Below the pieces are notes generated by a model. It worked only from the letters and a program-made list of their open reading frames with translations, did not search any database and was not told the DNA's origin. A stretch of 63,746 nt of DNA, filler included, from Octopus bimaculoides (lineage: Eukaryota), in the NCBI RefSeq assembly GCF_001194135.2. It is 5 parts of 4 records of this genome, joined end to end, with 100 filler letters (N's around TTAATTAATTAA, not from the genome) between each part and the next. Parts side by side here need not be neighbours in the genome. Positions count along the whole stretch, not along the records: positions 1 to 23,854 come from NC_069005.1; 4 more parts are not named here. One strand, written 5' to 3'. Made by a program: the position numbers and the translations under genes. Shown here piece by piece: positions 1 through 13,905 of the stretch (position 1 is its first letter; every line of letters starts with the position of its first letter).

Positions 1-1778
1 ATATATATATATATATATATATAGCAAGAGAGAGAGAGATGTCACTCGGTCTTTTCAAAGATCAAACGTTCGTTTGTGAACGGGAAGTAGTCGTAGAACG
101 TCGAGACTATATATATATACATGTGTAAATAATAATATATTTTACCTTCTTCATACGCACATGTAAAGGAATATAAAAGATGATGAATAGATATTATTTA
201 GGAGTGGAGCTAAGTTTTTCTTTTCTTTTCTTTTCTTTTCGTGCGTGTGTTTTCACTGTTATGAATGAATCAAGTGTTGAGTGAAAGAATGAAAATAATA
301 AGACTTTCCTCTTTGCAAGCGATCATGTGCGCTACCAAATTTTGTAGCAGTAGTTCATTCATTTCGGGTGACGAGCAACTGCGTCAGAGTTACACACACA
401 CACATATGCACGTATATGTATACATACATACACACACACAAAAAAAAAACTCATTCAGAACGGGTTGTGCCCCAATGCTCGTCTGTGTGTGTGTGCATGT
501 CTGTTTGTGCATATGTGTGTGTCCAGGGCAGACCGATCTGGGGTGAGGCGAATCAGCTAAATCCTGCGAGTAATAAATGGATAAATTATAATGCAAAGGT
601 TTCTTAACACCTAGTTATTTAAACACGAATGTGTTGCTATGTCTGTATATATGTGTGTGTGTTAAAATATACGGTAATAATACACCGATTGTTTCTGTGC
701 GTAGTTGAATCCATGTGAGTGAGAGTTTGTGTACATACTTGGATATACACATAGTCACTCTGTCTTTCACACATACACGTTGAGTATGGGTGTGGACAGA
801 ATCTGTGAGTATTTATATATTTATTATGCGATTTAGAACAAGAGCCGGACAGATTTGGATCCGGAGTTTAATTACAACTAAACAATTAACAACGATGCGT
901 TGCTAAAACCACTAACAAGCCGAGAATTAATTAATGTAGGAGAGAGACAAAAGAAATGGTTAGAGATCCCTTATTTTATTCATCGCTTTTTAAATGAAGA
1001 TTTAACAGAGAAAAAAAATTCATTAATGAAGCTCGTGAGGTAGGGATCTCTATGATAAACAGTGGCCGGATGATGGAATATTACAATAAAATCAACTGTT
1101 TTGACATGTTCCTAAACGGTTACAAAATTTGGGTAATTTTGGTGAATTTCTTGCGGAGATTACCACATAAAGGAATTCCAGAATTTAAAATAACAAAACT
1201 GTTTAAATTAATCTTTAAGAATTTGAGAGATATGAACCGATTTTAAGAGAGTAAATTAAATATTTGGTTAACTGAGGAGAAATTGATGGAATAAAAGAAA
1301 AAATGAGAAGAGAGATGAGGCGTAGATAGATAGATAACGCGTGTGGAGTGTATTAGAAATAGAGAGAAGAGTGTCGACTTGTTAATTAATAAATAAATAT
1401 TTAATTAAATATATAAATAGAGAGATTATTAAATAAATTGAAAGGGAAGTCGTCGAAGAAAATTACAAACTGATGTTGTCAGCAGAATGGAGTAAGATGA
1501 AGATGACAAACTGGTTCTAATGACAATTCTTTTAAAGCTATTAAATAAAAGAAAAAAAAACACACACATACAATACATACACGCATGTACTATATATAGA
1601 GAGAGACCCGGCTGATTTAAGTTCGATTAAGTACTTCGATGCATTTCAAAAGAAGACAGAAAGAGGAAACCAACGGCGATATATTTATCTTGCAGCCTTC
1701 GTCATTACCGCCAGTTACGACATCTCTCCGTTGCAAATTGGAAGGAATGTATGAGTAAATACAGAGTAGTTTCAAAAT

Positions 1779-1817
<39 letters not shown>

Positions 1818-2193
1818 CGGCAAACACTTCCTTACTCTTTCTTTCTCTCCCTCTTCCTCTCTCGCTTTTATTCTCTTTCTTTCTCTCTATCCTCTTTCTC
1901 CTCTTCCCGCTCTACATTCTGCCTCTCTCCTCTTTCTCTTTCCCCACTTTCCTCCTTTCTCTTTTCCCTTTTTCTTTATCTCCTCTCTTTCCCCGTTCTA
2001 TCGCTATCTGTTTGTTTCACACACTCACACACACACACAGACACACAATTGTTTTCTCACTTTCTCACTAACACACACGCAAACACTTGTTTCCTTTCTT
2101 TCTTTCTCACGTACTCATTCTATCTCGCTTTCTCTTTCACACACACCAAACGTTTTTGTCTCATTCTTTCACACACGCGCGCACACATTATTT

Positions 2194-2272
<79 letters not shown>

Positions 2273-3883
2273 AATCCGAAAGAGAAGCACACTCTAAGAT
2301 GTAGAGCAGTTAATATTATAATGGGGGAGGCCGGTTTATGGGGTTACCCCTTGTGAGCGATCCTTCTCTTTATCTACCTCTCTTTGTCACTCTCTTCTCT
2401 CTTTATCTCTCTCTGTCTCTCTCTCTCTTACACAATTACACACCCAAAGTAACATTTGTTTTCTCTCTCACACACACACATATTCATAAATGTGTATGGG
2501 CGGTTGGGTGGTGTGTAACCCGCATACAGGAAACTCTCCGACTACCAAACCAAAACCACTTTGAGATTTCGCCAAACCGAACGATATTAATCGAACTACT
2601 TCAGCAGCAATGAGTGGAATGTGAAGAATTTATTGTCTAAAAGACTCCACAGAAATCATGTGTTGATGCGTTGAGCTTCACAACAACCAGTTGGCGACTG
2701 CAACAGAGATTTTCACAACGGCAGTGACAAGAGCAATAAAAACAAGGATATGACGACCATCAACCACCAACAGTAAAAGACATGGAATGAATTCCTCATT
2801 GAGTACCTGTATATGTGTGCGTGTATATATATATATATCTATATATTTCTGTAGATGCGCAAGAGTTTCTCTGTGCGTATGTGTGTCACAGTGTGCGCGT
2901 GTGAATTTCTACACATACATATGTATGTGTTTGTGTCAATGCATACGTGTATATGTGTGGAATATGTGTTACTGCTTGTGAACATTAATCTCTGCGTGCG
3001 TGTGTGTGTGTGTGTGCGCGCGCATTTCTGTATACGTGTGCTTCTGTGCATACGTATGTATATGTGATTATATGTGCGCGTGTGTTTGTGAGTGTGTGTG
3101 TGTGTGTATATCTATGTATACGTGCATGTGTGTGTTAGTGCGGCTCTTACTGTTTATGTGCGTGTGTTGCTCAGTGTTTGTGTGTGTGTGTGTGATTTTG
3201 TACGTTTGCGCGTGCATTTATGTATTTCTGTATTACATATATGTGACAGGATATATGTGTGTGTGTGTGTGTGTGTGCGGGGCAGCGCGGTACCACCAGA
3301 GTTTTTACCCATTTTCCTCACAAGAATTTCCAACAAAGAATTTACTATCTAAAAAAAAAATTCGTTCACACACACACACACACACACACAGACAAAATCT
3401 TTCATAGAGTTTTAAATTAAAAATAGATATGCGGCGATATTTCGCTGCTGCTTTTAAAGTCTAAAAGTGCTGCTTAATAATTCAGCTGATTTTATATAGA
3501 AACTTATCAATTGTTCTGATATTTATTTACAATAGAAAACCAAACACTAATAATAACAACAATAAAAATAATAATCCCTAACGATATGTGTATTGCTATT
3601 ACTAATATAATCCCATTGCAGGTATTTTGCTGCAACTACTATCATAATAATTATAATATATAACAACAACACTCAAGCTAGGTGGGTTCCAGAAAATAGC
3701 AATCACTGAAGAAACCAAAGATCTGTGAATATTGTCAGGGCATTAATTATTCGTTCTTGTATCATAACGGTATTTGTCGTATAATAGCAAAATTGATAAC
3801 CTTGGGACATTGTTATTATGTGGGATTTTTCTCAGATGTTTATTATAGAATAATAGGGGTTTAGTGCACTGGTACGCTAAGTG

Positions 3884-3920
<37 letters not shown>

Positions 3921-5011
3921 AGGGAGCACTTGATGTAGGAATGAATGAATGTGTACATGTATATATTTATACACGCACACAATTGAACATTTACATTATG
4001 TATGTATATATGCATATTATGTGTGTGTGTGTATATATATAAATACATATATANNNNNNNNNNNNNNNNNNNNNNNNNNNNNNNNNNNNNNNNNNNNNNN
4101 NNNNNNNNNNNNNNNNNNNNNNNNNNNNNNNNNNNNNNNNNNNNNNNNNNNNNNNNNNNNNNNNNNNNNNNNNNNNNNNNNNNNNNNNNNNNNNNNNNNN
4201 NNNNNNNNNNNNNNNNNNNNNNNNNNNNNNNNNNNNNNNNNNNNNNNNNNNNNNNNNNNNNNNNNNNNNNNNNNNNNNNNNNNNNNNNNNNNNNNNNNNN
4301 NNNNNNNNNNNNNNNNNNNNNNNNNNNNNNNNNNNNNNNNNNNNNNNNNNNNNNNNNNNNNNNNNNNNNNNNNNNNNNNNNNNNNNNNNNNNNNNNNNNN
4401 NNNNNNNNNNNNNNNNNNNNNNNNNNNNNNNNNNNNNNNNNNNNNNNNNNNNNNNNNNNNNNNNNNNNNNNNNNNNNNNNNNNNNNNNNNNNNNNNNNNN
4501 NNNNNNNNNNNNNNNNNNNNNNNNNNNNNNNNNNNNNNNNNNNNNNNNNNNNNNNNNNNNNNNNNNNNNNNNNNNNNNNNNNNNNNNNNNNNNNNNNNNN
4601 NNNNNNNNNNNNNNNNNNNNNNNNNNNNNNNNNNNTCCTCTTGCCGGCGTCATCATACATATCGTCGGCATCTTCCGAGTACAACTGTGACCGAATTTCG
4701 TTTCATGGTGATGATGATGATGGTGGTGGTGACGGTTATGAGGAGGAGGGGGCGGCGGGTGGTGGTGACGGTAGTGGTGATGATGATGATGATGATGATG
4801 ATGATGGTGATGATGATAGCCGGTGGTCAATGATGGATAGTGAAGGCCAGAAGGAAAGAAGAGAAAAGATGCTAGAGGAGAAGAGGGAAAAAAAGAAAGA
4901 ACAGGAAAGACGAGGAAAAAGAAAAACGAAAAGATAGAAAAAAATAAACGAAGCAGTCATTTTCATTTACCCCAAAGCTACATCGATATTAAATATTAAT
5001 AATAATGATAA

Positions 5012-5185
5012 TTCTTTCTAATTTTAGCACAAAGCAAGGAATTGGGGGGGGGGCAGTGGCAAATCGTATCAACCCCGAAAGAATGAAGTGCAAAGTTGAC
5101 CTCGGTGGGATTTGAAGTTAGAATGTAAAGAGCGGTTCGATAGAATAAGTACTAGGCTTACAAAGAATAAGTCCTGGGGTTGATA
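5012..5185 (-). mobile_element. Partial family B SINE joined to a family D/E tail fragment
   Basis: 5012-5128 matches family B on the minus strand; 5130-5185 (gatagaataagtactaggcttacaaagaataagtcctgggg) matches the family D/E tail. Confidence 0.65.
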
Positions 5186-5879
5186 ATTGTCAATGAGAAC
5201 CTCACAGGTTGTGAAAGCTTTTCTGTCTGACCACATTGTCTCTTGAAAGATGATGATGCGTTTATATGTGCTTGTAACTTATTTGGGTTATGTCATTAGA
5301 AGTGCATTTTGCTTACGTAGAAAGACAAGCACACGCGTGTGTTAGTATATATGTGTGTGTGAGTGCGCACACATATGTGAATGAATAAGCACTTGTAATG
5401 ACAGCAGAGAGCTTTCCTTCATCAGCTGGCCTCTATGAAACATCATGCTTCAGCCAATGCAGGACACCACACCCTGTTGCAGAAATAGTCATTTAGATCT
5501 AAAGAATGCGTATGTGTGAGCATTCTCTCTCTCTCTCTTTCTCTGTGTGTGTATGTGTTTATATATATATATGTCTGTGCGTGTGTGTAAACTGGATGAA
5601 GAGGTTTGAGTCTTCGGAATATACGAAAATTTGTTTGGGGTTGAAAATACACATGGGACGGGACTTAACACGAATTTTAGTTTATTATTTTAATTTTTTT
5701 TTTTAATTATTGAAATACCATACCAGTTTTTACAATTTGGTGGTGGCGGGCGTTCAATGGTAAATAAAACTTTTAAAGAAATAAAATGCTTAAGAAAGTT
5801 TCATAGCAATAAAACATGCTCAAGTGTGTGTGCGCGCGCGTACGCACACAGGTTGCGAGAGGTATTTGAGGACATAGTT

Positions 5880-6437
5880 GATAATTTGATAAAACAACTT
5901 TAATGTCGCAAAAACCAAATGTATTTTAATAAAAATTGGTGCACACCTTCTCGATAATATTTCTCGATATTTGTGCACATCTTCTCGATAATATTCAATA
6001 AATCCTCCTTCAGTTTCAATGACTGGAACTGCACTAAATGCACCTTATTCATTTCGGACAATTCACAATGGATAATGGCAATTTCGTCAGGATGTCGACA
6101 ACACACCCTTGGGATTTAAATCTGGTAAGTTTGTGGACGTGTTACATGTTACACAAATTTGGTGTTACATGATCGTGAAGAATGCATCACAGCCATTCTT
6201 GGGTTACGCGGACTTTATGAGGAATTGCTGAGTCTTGTGGAAACACTTATGGCCTTCCATCGCATGCTTCATACATCCAGCGTTTGATAACTGTCTCCAG
6301 CAGCTCATCGTATCCAGCAGTGATAATTCCAAGACCCCGTGGAATGATGTGAGACGAGATGCCATGACCTTTGTTGCTCGCCACTTCTAAAACCATCAGA
6401 GTCATGAGAAACTTGGTGAGCATTACTCTGGAACCAG
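5880..6437 (-). mobile_element. Tc1/mariner DD37D (maT-like) transposase relic, catalytic half
   Basis: Minus-strand translation gives frameshifted TKF..LMVLEVASNKGH..., LETVIKRW...GRP.VFPQDSA.PHK..TQEW and PDLNP motifs. Confidence 0.75.
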
Positions 6438-6629
6438 CAGAAAAATCGGTAATTTTTCAGATTAACACCCGCACGATCTTCACTAGGGTGTTAGGGTTAA
6501 GGTTTTAGGGTCAGGGTTAGGGTTTTAGGGTTACGGTTAGGGAATTCCGTCCCTGACCCTGAAACCCTAACCCTAACACCCTAGTGAAAATCGTACGGGT
6601 GTTAATCTGAAAATTTACCGAAATTTCTG
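6438..6629. repeat. Fold-back element with about 75-80-bp inverted arms containing TTAGGG/CCCTAA-like repeats
   Basis: Left arm cagaaaaatcggtaatttttcagattaacacccgcacgatcttcactagggtgttagggtt is the reverse complement of the right arm ...ccctaacaccctagtgaaaatcgtacgggtgttaatctgaaaatttaccgaaatttctg. Single-arm relatives at about 62880-62920 and 63665-63731. Confidence 0.85.
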
Positions 6630-6695
6630 GCCTCGTGCCAAAATTTGAAACTAGCATGTAATCTAAACAAGATGATAAATAATAATTGCTCTGAT

Positions 6696-6864
6696 CGGTG
6701 CCGTCTTAAAACATGCAAACACTAGGCATTTGCTCTTAGCCCCCAGAAGTTTAGGGGCCCAATTCTGGTTTATGTATGCTGTGGCTTGCTATTAATAAAT
6801 AAATGCTATTGGTCCCAAGCATTTATTTGCCCGGGGGTTTTATAATGAAGTTAAGACGGCCTTG
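6696..6864. mobile_element. hAT-like MITE
   Basis: Terminal inverted repeats cggtGCCGTCTTAA / TTAAGACGGCcttg and an imperfect 8-bp target duplication (gctctgat / tctctaat). Confidence 0.65.
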
Positions 6865-7619
6865 TCTCTAATGAATATGAATGTCTTCTGAATATACACA
6901 CACTCGTCTAGTCATTATCATCATCATCAAGGCATTCTCACCACCCAACCAAATTAGACTGACGTAGTGACGCAGGAACAAGCATCCTCTTATTAATCAC
7001 ATATGTAAAATGTAAGTTAAAACGCTGAATACCATTGGCAGCAATCCCAAATAGTTGGATGATTTAATGACTAAATATACGAATGGATATTGTTCTGCTG
7101 CACTCTGATGCCAATATAACCGTTAGTCATCGAGTTTCGCGAAAAGGAAGAAACAAAAAGCAACCAGAGAACAATCAAAGTAGAAATTGAGGTAAATGGA
7201 GGAAGGGAGATAACTATCAGCTAACAACATTGATGTCTGGCAAAGTTTTGCGATGTCTGTTACATAGGTTTGAATGGTTTAGCAGCGGTTATGTTGTGAA
7301 TTTGCTCGTGGAACGAAGCTGCGAATTTCTATTTATTTGAGCATTCATATTAACTTATGATCAAGGATTACTGAAAGTGAAACAGGCAGCAGGCTAGATA
7401 GAAATTTATAGGATGGGAAAAGTTAGTCAATTGGATGGGTGGCCATCCAATTGCTGGGTGTATAAAATATATAAATATAAATGTATATATTTGCATGCAT
7501 GCGTGTGTATGTGGAGGGCATGTATGCGTGTGTACCCTTGTTATTTCATGACATAATCTAATTGTTCACAAAAAAAGAAAACTGTGTCTAAAACAGATCT
7601 CAATCGTCATTTGGTGAGA

Positions 7620-7801
7620 GGCAGGGGGGGGCAGTCGATTAGATCGACCTAAGCATGCAACTGATACTTAATTTATTGACCCCTAAAGGATGAAAGGCGA
7701 AGTCAACCTCGGCGGAATTTGAACTCAGGACATAAAGACAGACGAAATCCTACTAAGCATTTCGCCTGGTGTGCTAACGTTTCTGCCAGCTCGCTACCTT
7801 T
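7620..7801 (-). mobile_element. tRNA-derived SINE family B
   Basis: Minus strand reads aaggtagcgagctggcagaaacgttagcac (A-box region), GAGTTCAAATTCC (B box), then the gttgacttcgcctttcatcct core. More than 10 related copies occur in the window. Confidence 0.85.
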
Positions 7802-7871
7802 TGGTGACCTGAATATTAAGATACCACGATTCAAATGAATCCAAACAAATATATATACATATTTATATATT

Positions 7872-7914
<43 letters not shown>

Positions 7915-9374
7915 NNNNNNNNNNNNNNNNNNNNNNNNNNNNNNNNNNNNNNNNNNNNNNNNNNNNNNNNNNNNNNNNNNNNNNNNNNNNNNNNNNNNNN
8001 NNNNNNNNNNNNNNNNNNNNNNNNNNNNNNNNNNNNNNNNNNNNNNNNNNNNNNNNNNNNNNNNNNNNNNNNNNNNNNNNNNNNNNNNNNNNNNNNNNNN
8101 NNNNNNNNNNNNNNNNNNNNNNNNNNNNNNNNNNNNNNNNNNNNNNNNNNNNNNNNNNNNNNNNNNNNNNNNNNNNNNNNNNNNNNNNNNNNNNNNNNNN
8201 NNNNNNNNNNNNNNNNNNNNNNNNNNNNNNNNNNNNNNNNNNNNNNNNNNNNNNNNNNNNNNNNNNNNNNNNNNNNNNNNNNNNNNNNNNNNNNNNNNNN
8301 NNNNNNNNNNNNNNNNNNNNNNNNNNNNNNNNNNNNNNNNNNNNNNNNNNNNNNNNNNNNNNNNNNNNNNNNNNNNNNNNNNNNNNNNNNNNNNNNNNNN
8401 NNNNNNNNNNNNNNNNNNNNNNNNNNNNNNNNNNNNNNNNNNNNNNNNNNNNNNNNNNNNNNNNNNNNNNNNNNNNNNNNNNNNNNNNNNNNNNNNNNNN
8501 NNNNNNNNNNNNNNNNNNNNNNNNNNNNNNNNNNNNNNNNNNNNNNNNNNNNNNNNNNNNNNNNNNNNNNNNNNNNNNNNNNNNNNNNNNNNNNNNNNNN
8601 NNNNNNNNNNNNNNNNNNNNNNNNNNNNNNNNNNNNNNNNNNNNNNNNNNNNNNNNNNNNNNNNNNNNNNNNNNNNNNNNNNNNNNNNNNNNNNNNNNNN
8701 NNNNNNTATATATATATATATATATATATGCAAGCACATATGCATATATTATCATCAACACCATCATCATCATTTAACGTCTGCCTTCCATGTTGTGATA
8801 TATACACACACACATACACACACACACATATATATATACACCTGTGTATGTGCATGTATACAAATCTAAGCATCCATATAATTGCTGTGTGTATCCATGC
8901 GTAAACATATTTAACACATGTGGACATGCATGTGTGTGTTTGTGCACATATGCCTGTATTTGTACATTTGTACATTTGTACGTACGTACACGCATGCACA
9001 GACAAGAGCGTTCCTGCCTGTCTCCAAGCGAACACATTTTGTGGGTGTAACCCTCTTTAATGAGATAAAACTTGAGATAAAACCCACACCTTTTGGAAAA
9101 CAAAATATACTAGATTTGTTTTGTTCTTTTCCCCTGTTTCTTTATTTCGTTTGTCTCTGGTTCCTTCTCGTTTGTCTCCCCATGCACCCTTTCTCTCGCA
9201 GCTATTCTTCATCTCTGGGAAAAATTCAAAGGGTGCTTATGATTTCAAGAGATTCTTTCAAACCAATACGTACATGCTATTACTTACTGCTTTATGTGTG
9301 TACTCCGAGATAGACCATTCCAGAAACAAAAACAGAAGTATTTCATGTCCTCAGAAGTTTATAAAATTCTTATT

Positions 9375-9408
<34 letters not shown>

Positions 9409-9435
9409 ACATATATATATATATATATATATATA

Positions 9436-9615
9436 TCATCATCATCATCGTTTAACGTCCGCTTTCCATGCTAGCATGGGTTGGACGATTTAACTGAGGA
9501 CTGATGAAACCAGATGGCTACATCAGGCTCCAATCTGATTTGGCAGAGTTTCTACAGCTGGATGCCCTTCCTAACGCCAACCACTCATAGAGTGTAGTGG
9601 GTGCTTTTACGTGCC
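9436..9615 (-). mobile_element. Family A retroposon 3' portion, (GAT)n tail
   Basis: catcatcatcgtttaacgtccgctttccatgctagcatgggttgg...ggatgcccttcctaacgccaac, near-identical to copies at 13609, 48191 and 52122. An RTE-type tail is my inference. Confidence 0.8.
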
Positions 9616-10082
9616 ACCAGCACGATTCTTTGTTCCTCATGTAAATATATCTCTAGCTGGTCAATTGAGGTTCTTGACCCTACTGGCCTATTTACACAAG
9701 AAACAAGGAAACTTGTATAGCTTGACTGTTGTCCNNNNNNNNNNNNNNNNNNNNNNNNNNNNNNNNNNNNNNNNNNNNNNNNNNNNNNNNNNNNNNNNNN
9801 NNNNNNNNNNNNNNNNNNNNNNNNNNNNNNNNNNNNNNNNNNNNNNNNNNNNNNNNNNNNNNNNNNNNNNNNNNNNNNNNNNNNNNNNNNNNNNNNNNNN
9901 NNNNNNNNNNNNNNNNNNNNNNNNNNNNNNNNNNNNNNNNNNNNNNNNNNNNNNNNNNNNNNNNNNNNNNNNNNNNNNNNTAAATTCTTCACTGATAATG
10001 GTGTTTACATACCGAAGGGCTTGGTAAAAATTATTAATTATTAATTTATTAATATATTAATAATCCTTTACCCTTTTATTTG

Positions 10083-10116
<34 letters not shown>

Positions 10117-10131
10117 TATGTATATACATAA

Positions 10132-10200
<69 letters not shown>

Positions 10201-10791
10201 ATATGTATATCTATATATCTATATATATATATATATATAGAATAATAATAAATGGAGCAAAACGCATATGATCAATAAGTTCCTGAACTTATTGACCATA
10301 TGCGTTTTTCTCCATTTATTATTATTCTTCATATCTACTCAAAATACATCACTTTAACATGGTATTTCTACCCATTAACCGGGTATGATATCCCAGTTTT
10401 TGTATGATTTTTGCTACCCTGGTAACTATTAACATATTTACATTATCAAAGTTTTTTCAACCAAGATAATATTAATATATACATAAATTATAAAAAAAAT
10501 ATATATATAGATATTCTTTTATCTTCTACTTGTTTCAATCACTACTTGAAGAAATATTTTAGTTAAATGAATTTACCCCAGTACATATATTGTACAATAT
10601 TCAACAATAAGTAAAATAAATTGAACGGAACCAACCTGGAAAGCAACCCTTTTCTGAAGTACCATCTTTGATGATTCTGTAAAGCACTGAACTGTTATTG
10701 GTCTGTAATTGTTTCTTAACGCATGTACGTTTATCTATGAATGTTTGCATATATATATATATATATAAATGTATATGTAAATATAAATGTA

Positions 10792-10837
<46 letters not shown>

Positions 10838-11807
10838 TGTGAATCCTTAACGACACATTAATTTCTCACAATTTCAATCTGTGTGTGCAAAAGATCACAA
10901 AATGTTTTCAAAGTTTTCAAGTATGCTCTTTCAAAAAATCAAAGGGCAAATGAAACTATTTTTTCAAGGTGAAGATTTTACTTGTTTCACTTGCCTTTCT
11001 TTCATTCCTTCTTCCAGCGGTTTGTATAAGATAATTTTGTAATACATATCTCTCTCCTATCATTGTTGTTGTTGTTTAACCCCAGGTCAGCAGAACCTGT
11101 CATCAAACACAGCCCGGCCATGTCTGTTTTCCACAAACGATTTTCTCCCATATGTAATAACCTCAATTGACCATATGACTGAATGTTATCTCTCTCTCTC
11201 TCTCTTATTTCCTTTTATTTTCTTAAGAAAACCAAGGGTGTGATTGTGAAATCTGAGGAAGATTTGACAGCTATTAATAGCAAACAGCAAGCAGGACGAG
11301 AGTCCACATAGTGGTCTTCCCCGCTCACTTCTACACCTCTGCTTATATATTTGTTTTGCTCTATTAAAAGCTCAGTGCTCAACCAGAACATATCTTTTCC
11401 ATCAATGACATTTTCTCTGGTTGCCTTTTTTCAACATTTGTCAGTGTTTGTGGTTGTTGAACTATGTTTTATCAACTAACAATATTATACACCTGTCATA
11501 ATTTACCTGTACAACTGGGTCAATTGACATTACACCATTCATATTTTCTAAAAAAAAAAAAATCTCTTTATTTTTCATGTAAATTTGTTGGGTTTATTTT
11601 GTTGTTTCTTTTCTTTTTTTTCCATTTTTTTCTTCGTTTTATAAAGGAAATATGTCATGCAGTACTTCATAAATAGGAATTCTTTTTCATCTCCTCTCTC
11701 TCTCTCGTTCTCCTTGTGTCTGCATACTTCTATATCTATGTGTGTGCTGGTGTGTGTATGTATATATTTATACATGTATATACACAAGTATAAAAGTAGG
11801 TATATAC

Positions 11808-11849
<42 letters not shown>

Positions 11850-12793
11850 ATGTATACACACACATTTATAAATATAGGTATATATATACACATTTATACA
11901 TACATACATGTATACATAGATATATAAATACATTTATGTATGTATATGTATATTTATGTGTGTCTGTGTGAGAGGTTGGGTTACTTTTAAGCAGTACTGG
12001 TAGCATGTAACCCAGTACAACCTGTTGCATGGTCAGGTCATTTACAGCTAAACTGGCAACCCCCACCATGCTTACTTGGTGAGGAGAATGGTTTTTGGAC
12101 ATCCTATAAAATGAAAAACAATGATGAATGGTGACAATGATACCATATTATTCTAAAACCATTTTTACCTTTGGGAAGAGGTGGCCCATATTAACCTGGC
12201 CTGTTCAGCATGGTAGACCCAACCAAGAGCTTGTGTCTGACTGGCATAGCTCTCGGGGTCTTTGAGACACATGACCTACCAAACCACAACACATCACACC
12301 ACAGCAAAGACTGGACCTTATGAGGGATGCCAGCATGGACGACAGGCATTAAACAATGATGAATGATGACAATGATACCATATTATTCTAAAACCAGTGT
12401 AGTACCCTTCAAAAAAAGACAGGGTTTATTTCTGTCTTCTTTCAGTAATCCTTCATGTTTTTACTTCAAGTTTTGCTGCATTTTCTTCTCATATTTCATT
12501 TTGTCTTCTTTCAGTTATTTTTCTCTATTTTTCAGCATACAAAATTGATGCAGCATATAGTATAAACATTCAAACATCATAGCAATCTTTCTAAATCTTG
12601 TTGCATTTCAATGGAATTTTCGGTCCTCCAAAGTCAACTTACCTTTCATTGGCTGCAAATTTAGGCTCGAAAAAATTCGACTGGTATGTCATTTGGTATA
12701 ATTGGATGCACCCTTAAAAGTAGTGCCCCAGCATGACCACAACCCAGCAAAACAATAAATAAAACAACACATTAATTTTAGGACAAATTATAA

Positions 12794-12813
12794 TTTATTC
12801 TGATACCTTTATT
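12794..12813 (-). terminator. Candidate MAPK7 polyadenylation signals
   Basis: Two AATAAA hexamers on the minus strand (plus-strand TTTATT at 12794 and 12808), about 450 nt after the stop. No transcript evidence. Confidence 0.3.
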
Positions 12814-13246
12814 CCAATATTCTGGTATTCTTTGAACCAAAGAATTTCATATGTTTCTAACATACTAAACTCATGAATGACAAAACACAGAATGAGGTTG
12901 GTGGTGGTGGCGGTAAGTGCAGTGGAGGTGGTGGAGACGGTGGTAATGAGGGGAGGGGGTTGTTGAAGAAAATCAAGGATATAAGACTAGAGATCAGATA
13001 AGCTGTCAAGGATCAACTATTTTTTTTAAAAAACTCTCTCTCACATGTGCATCATGTATACACACACACATGCATATTTATACATACATGCATACACCTG
13101 AAGACTGTTTCAACAAAGAAAATTGGAATTGTCTTCTTGAATTTTTAAACTTCGACACACACACACATATAGCCCAATATATATGTATACACGCACACAC
13201 ACACACAAAATGAAGTCTGTTTTCAGCTGTCCTCTATGCTACAGCT

Positions 13247-13406
13247 TCAAGATGAGCAGAGACTTAAGTCACTGTAAGATAAGGCCATGGGTGACTGCAT
13301 GCTTAATTCAAGTTCCTCTTCCAAAGTCTGGATATCCATATTTGCTGTGACGTCCATCCAGTGAGCGAGGAGTGACGAAGACAGAGGAGATATTTCATAT
13401 TTTCCA
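13247..13406 (-). CDS. MAPK7: MAPK7/ERK5 final coding exon 9
   Basis: Acceptor poly-T+ctag|T. Encodes SPLSSSLLAHWMD...QTLEEELELSMQSPMALS, similar to the ERK5 C-terminal SASLLADWLE...MDSPM. TGA stop at 13249-13247. The nine exons sum to 3651 nt, a multiple of 3. Confidence 0.92.
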
Positions 13407-13608
13407 CTAGAAAAAAAAAAAAAAAAAGTAAAAAGTAAAAATAATAAGGCAGAATGTTTAGAAATATTTGAGAAAATTCTTAATGCATTGATGAATACAC
13501 ACAAACATAAACGTTATCAGAAATAGCTGCTCCACTCAATGTCAATGGTGAGTTGTCTAGCAGTTTGGTTACTTGGGTTTTGTTAAATTTCTGCCAGATT
13601 ATCTTATC

Positions 13609-13905
13609 ATCATCATCATCATCATCGTTTAACACCCGCTTTCCAAGCTAGCATGGGTTGGACGATTTGATTGAGGACTGGCGAACCAGATGGCTGCACC
13701 AGGCTCCAATCTGATCTGGCAGAGTTTCTACAGCTGGATGCCCTTCCTAGCAGCTGTATATATATATGACAGGCTTCTTTCAGTTTCTGTCTACCAAATC
13801 CACTCACAAAGCTTTGGTGGCCCATGGTTACGGTAGAAGACATATAGTAGGACTGAACCTGGAACAATGTGGTTGGGAAGTGAACTCCATACCACACAGC
13901 CATGC
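13609..13905 (-). mobile_element. Family A tail plus family D SINE head in MAPK7 intron 8
   Basis: 13609-13748 is family A. 13765-13905 on the minus strand reads tggctgtgtgg (A box)...ggttcagtcc (B box)...gagtggatttggtagacagaaactgaaagaagcc. Confidence 0.8.

Noticed and set aside
2490-2805. Possible 5' UTR or first exon of a plus-strand gene
   Set aside because: CpG-containing unique sequence with only tiny ATG-initiated ORFs and a weak donor; insufficient evidence.
265-3407. Many short ORFs rich in CV/HT/YI/LS dipeptides
   Set aside because: They are translations of (TG)n, (CA)n, (TA)n and (TC)n microsatellites with no domain or splice support. The same applies to similar ORFs across the window.
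3884-4966. Long ORFs with polyHis, polyAsp/Gly or polyMet
   Set aside because: They are (GAT)n/(GGT)n simple repeats plus an N-gap read as X, with no exon boundaries.
6480-6545. True telomere or chromosome-fusion site
   Set aside because: The repeats are few, degenerate and embedded in a dispersed repeat arm found elsewhere in the window.
7700-7801. tRNA gene candidates from A/B-box motifs
   Set aside because: The boxes belong to SINE heads; no cloverleaf with acceptor stem could be built.
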